This document shows positions 29,685-32,000 of a stretch of 32,000 bases of DNA, piece by piece. Numbering within the stretch: position 1 is the stretch's first letter; every line of letters starts with the position of its first letter. The translations under genes were made by a program, and so were the position numbers. The notes beneath the pieces are model-generated. The model did no database searches. It was not told the DNA's origin and saw only the letters and a list, made by a program, of their open reading frames with translations. This stretch comes from Candidatus Saccharimonadota bacterium (lineage in GTDB: Bacteria > Patescibacteriota > Gracilibacteria > UBA1369 > 2-02-FULL-48-14): positions 90,001 to 122,000 of the forward strand of contig OZ246396.1 of assembly GCA_965230905.1 (NCBI GenBank), written 5' to 3'.

Positions 29685-32000
29685 ATGCTTAAGCCACAAA
29701 TGCGAGTTCTGACCGGAGCGCTTTTAAGTGTTTTTCTCTTCGTAACGCTGGCGCCGACCACGTTTGCGGATGCCACCAACCGTAATGAAGGGTTTTACGA
29801 TCAGACTTTTGAAATCGGGAACCGTATCTCCTCTAAACAAGGATCTCAAACCGGATCGTCATCGGGGGCTTATGTTTTTTCTTTACCGCTGAATGTACCG
29901 GCGGGAAGAAATGGACTCCAACCTTCCCTTTCTCTCAGCTACAACAGCCAGGGCGGCGAGGTGAACAGCTTTTATGGATACGGCTGGTCTTTGGACCTGC
30001 CCTCCATCAGCCGCATGAATAAAACCGGACTGAACAACTTGTATTCCGAAACGAACTTCAGCTCGTCCCTCAGCGGTGAATTGGTTTCTATTAGTGGTAG
30101 TCCTTATGGGGACTATGGCGCCAAAGTCGAGAGTGGAGCTTATTTGGACTATGTCTTCAATTCCTCAGATGATTCGTGGACGGTCACCGATAAATCCGGC
30201 ACGGTCTACACCTTTGGTTCAACGGCGGACAGCCGCCAAGACAATCCCTCGGATTCCACTGAAATCTATAAATGGATGCTGGAAGAAATTCGTGACACGA
30301 ACGACAACTATCTGCGCTATGAGTACTTTAAAGAAAATGGCCAAATCTATCCCGAGAGCATCAGCTACACTGGGAACGGCGCCACCGATGGCATCTTCCT
30401 CGTTGAATTCGGTCTGGAAAGTCGGAGTGATCCCAGTAGTTTTTACAGCACGGGTTTTGAAGTTCAAACCGATTATCGCGTCAGTGGCATTGAGGTTTCA
30501 ATCGATGGGACTTTGCGAAAAAGTTATGGGCTCACTTATACAACTCCGGACAATACCACACGTTCACTCCTGAAGTCCGTCACCGAATCGGGGGTGAGTG
30601 AAACGGGTGTTACTACCACCTTACCGGCCACTACTTTTGATTATGCTCAATCGAGTAAGGGCTGGAGCAGTGTCAACGGGTACACTATCCCCGTATATTT
30701 TTACTTTTCTGGTGACCATTCCGATAAAGGAAATGATGTTGCAGATGTGAATGGCGATGGACTTTTGGATATTATAGACAGCGGTCTCTACTCAGGCTCT
30801 ACCGGCGTTGACAGCGTTTACCTCAACAACGGCGATGGAAGTGGCTGGAGTGAAGACAGCAGCTATACAGTGGGAGTTCGTTTTTGGGACAACGGCAAAA
30901 ATCAAATGCGAAACACTCGCATGACGGATATCAATGGAGACGGCTTTAGCGATATCCTTTATGGAGCCATGGACTCCACCACCGACGCGAGAAAAACTTA
31001 TATTTTTGATGAAGACACTTCCACCTGGGTTGAGGACAGCGCTTACTCACTGCCGATTCGCTTCAACGATGGATACCTTGATGATTTGGGCGTTCGTCTT
31101 TTGGATGTAAACGGTGATGGCTATTCAGATTATGTGCAATCGCTCATCGACAGTAGCGGCGCTCAGCAAAGCTTGTATCTTTTTGACCCAGAAACCCAAA
31201 CTTGGAACGTCGAGACCAGTTATTCCATTCCTGTCGCATTCAATGACCGGTCCAGTAATACTGACGAAGGAGTGAGTTTGGGAGAAGTGAATGGAGATGG
31301 CTTGGTGGATATCATCAAGTCCAGATACGATGGAAGCACTCAGCAAGCGGTTTATCTAAACAACGGCGATGGAACCGGTTGGACTCAAGATACCGGGTAT
31401 TCCATTCCCGTTTATTTCTGGGAAAGTAGTGGAATCCTGTCTACCGTCGCTCAACTGATGGACGTGGACGGTGATCGTTTGGCAGATATTGTGCACTCCG
31501 ATGCGAGCCATTCGGATGTTTACATAAACCGAGGGAATGGAACCGGATGGGCCAAAGATACCGCTTATACGGTACCTGTTGATTTTGCGCTCTCTTATGG
31601 CAGCCCTGAGGGGGTTCAAAGCATGGACGTGGATGGAGATAATTTTGTAGATTTTGTGCAATCTAAACAGAGTGGAGGCACCACTACTCAGCGGGTTTAT
31701 GTGAGCAATGCAAGTCCTGAGCTTTTGGAAACCGTACACTCTTACAAAGGTTCCACGACCACGGTCAGCTATTCCCCCTCTACCGAGTTCGATAATCCCA
31801 ATCTTCCCTTTGCCATGAACTTGGTGGACTCTATTACCGTAGACGACGGCCTGGGCGATAGTAGCACCACTACATTTGACTACGAAGGCGGCGCGTATCT
31901 TTATGAAGATGAGCTCAACCGACAATTCGCCGGCTTTTCTAGCATCACTAAGACGGAAGATGGTCGAGAGACCGAGACTTTTTATGAGCAAGACGATTTG
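29685..32000 (+). CDS. secreted SpvB/TcB-like protein, N-terminal 772 aa of a probable Rhs/Tc-type encapsulation toxin (3' partial, runs off the window)
   Basis: This ORF is not in the supplied track because it has no stop in the window. Hand translation from ATG 29685 (in-frame TAG at 29658) to 32000 shows no stop. Signal peptide: MLKPQMRVLTGALLSVFLFVTLAPTTFA|D. SpvB N-domain signature: SLPLNVPAGRNGLQPSLSLSYNSQGG..GYGWSLDLPSISR (29880-30014). Six DxNGDGxxD-type repeats occur every 165-183 nt between 30744 and 31652. A TcdB-mid-N-like segment follows: LLETVHSYKGSTTTVSY...FDYEGGAYLYEDELNRQFAGFSSI. Confidence 0.9.
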   Translation, partial: MLKPQMRVLTGALLSVFLFVTLAPTTFADATNRNEGFYDQTFEIGNRISSKQGSQTGSSSGAYVFSLPLNVPAGRNGLQPSLSLSYNSQGGEVNSFYGYGWSLDLPSISRMNKTGLNNLYSETNFSSSLSGELVSISGSPYGDYGAKVESGAYLDYVFNSSDDSWTVTDKSGTVYTFGSTADSRQDNPSDSTEIYKWMLEEIRDTNDNYLRYEYFKENGQIYPESISYTGNGATDGIFLVEFGLESRSDPSSFYSTGFEVQTDYRVSGIEVSIDGTLRKSYGLTYTTPDNTTRSLLKSVTESGVSETGVTTTLPATTFDYAQSSKGWSSVNGYTIPVYFYFSGDHSDKGNDVADVNGDGLLDIIDSGLYSGSTGVDSVYLNNGDGSGWSEDSSYTVGVRFWDNGKNQMRNTRMTDINGDGFSDILYGAMDSTTDARKTYIFDEDTSTWVEDSAYSLPIRFNDGYLDDLGVRLLDVNGDGYSDYVQSLIDSSGAQQSLYLFDPETQTWNVETSYSIPVAFNDRSSNTDEGVSLGEVNGDGLVDIIKSRYDGSTQQAVYLNNGDGTGWTQDTGYSIPVYFWESSGILSTVAQLMDVDGDRLADIVHSDASHSDVYINRGNGTGWAKDTAYTVPVDFALSYGSPEGVQSMDVDGDNFVDFVQSKQSGGTTTQRVYVSNASPELLETVHSYKGSTTTVSYSPSTEFDNPNLPFAMNLVDSITVDDGLGDSSTTTFDYEGGAYLYEDELNRQFAGFSSITKTEDGRETETFYEQDDL

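Noticed and set aside
30076-31991. Listed ORFs 30076..30573(+), 30219..30467(-), 31125..31346(-) and 31356..31991(-)
   Set aside because: All lie within the unlisted 772-codon SpvB/TcB-like frame, which has strong domain signatures. These are off-frame or antisense artefacts.
1-32000. CRISPR arrays, IS elements, integrases, rRNA, tmRNA, RNase P or SRP RNA
   Set aside because: By eye I found no regularly spaced direct repeats, no transposase or integrase-like ORFs, and no conserved core motifs of these RNAs. A covariance-model scan would be needed to exclude small ncRNAs formally.

Overview
This window is a very compact, mostly housekeeping stretch of bacterial chromosome. I found no rRNA, CRISPR array, transposase or integrase.

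Recognisable genes, left to right:
- rel (RelA/SpoT), ychF
- a short MscS-like channel and an FNR-like flavoprotein
- tRNA-Phe, rpmG (L33), a VIT1/CCC1 transporter, xth
- thyA-folA, rarA, a two-HKD phospholipase D (ClsB-like)
- a BNR/Asp-box lipoprotein and two further predicted lipoproteins
- a HAD hydrolase and an AstE/AspA-family hydrolase
- tRNA-Gly, rpsO-pnp, corA
- a stand-alone cNMP-binding protein coupled to a DUF3307-like membrane protein
- leuS

About eight ORFs have no family I can name.

The most interesting region is the right end, 27.4-32.0 kb. Three prepilin-type (minor-pilin/pseudopilin-like) genes are arranged divergently. They are followed by a 772-codon ORF (29685..32000, + strand). 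This ORF is missing from the supplied ORF track because it runs off the window without a stop codon. My hand translation gives:
- a signal peptide
- an SpvB-type N-terminal domain
- six FG-GAP/integrin-type DxNGDGxxD blades
- a TcdB-middle/N-like region

That is the N-terminal architecture of a TcB/Rhs-type encapsulation (cocoon) toxin, and it sits where PilY1 sits in canonical minor-pilin operons.

Other points of note:
- An exact 19-nt copy of the tRNA-Gly 3' end lies about 160 bp downstream of the tRNA. It flanks a 26-nt perfect palindrome and looks like an att-like scar.
- A 235-bp nested inverted-repeat structure lies between leuS and the first pilin gene, in a genome that otherwise has almost no intergenic space.
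- Many genes have a leaderless-type start, with a TAnnnT box 6-8 nt upstream of the ATG, and no Shine-Dalgarno motif is visible.
- Five convergent gene pairs have overlapping 3' ends.

All calls come from reading the sequence and recalling motifs. No database search was run.
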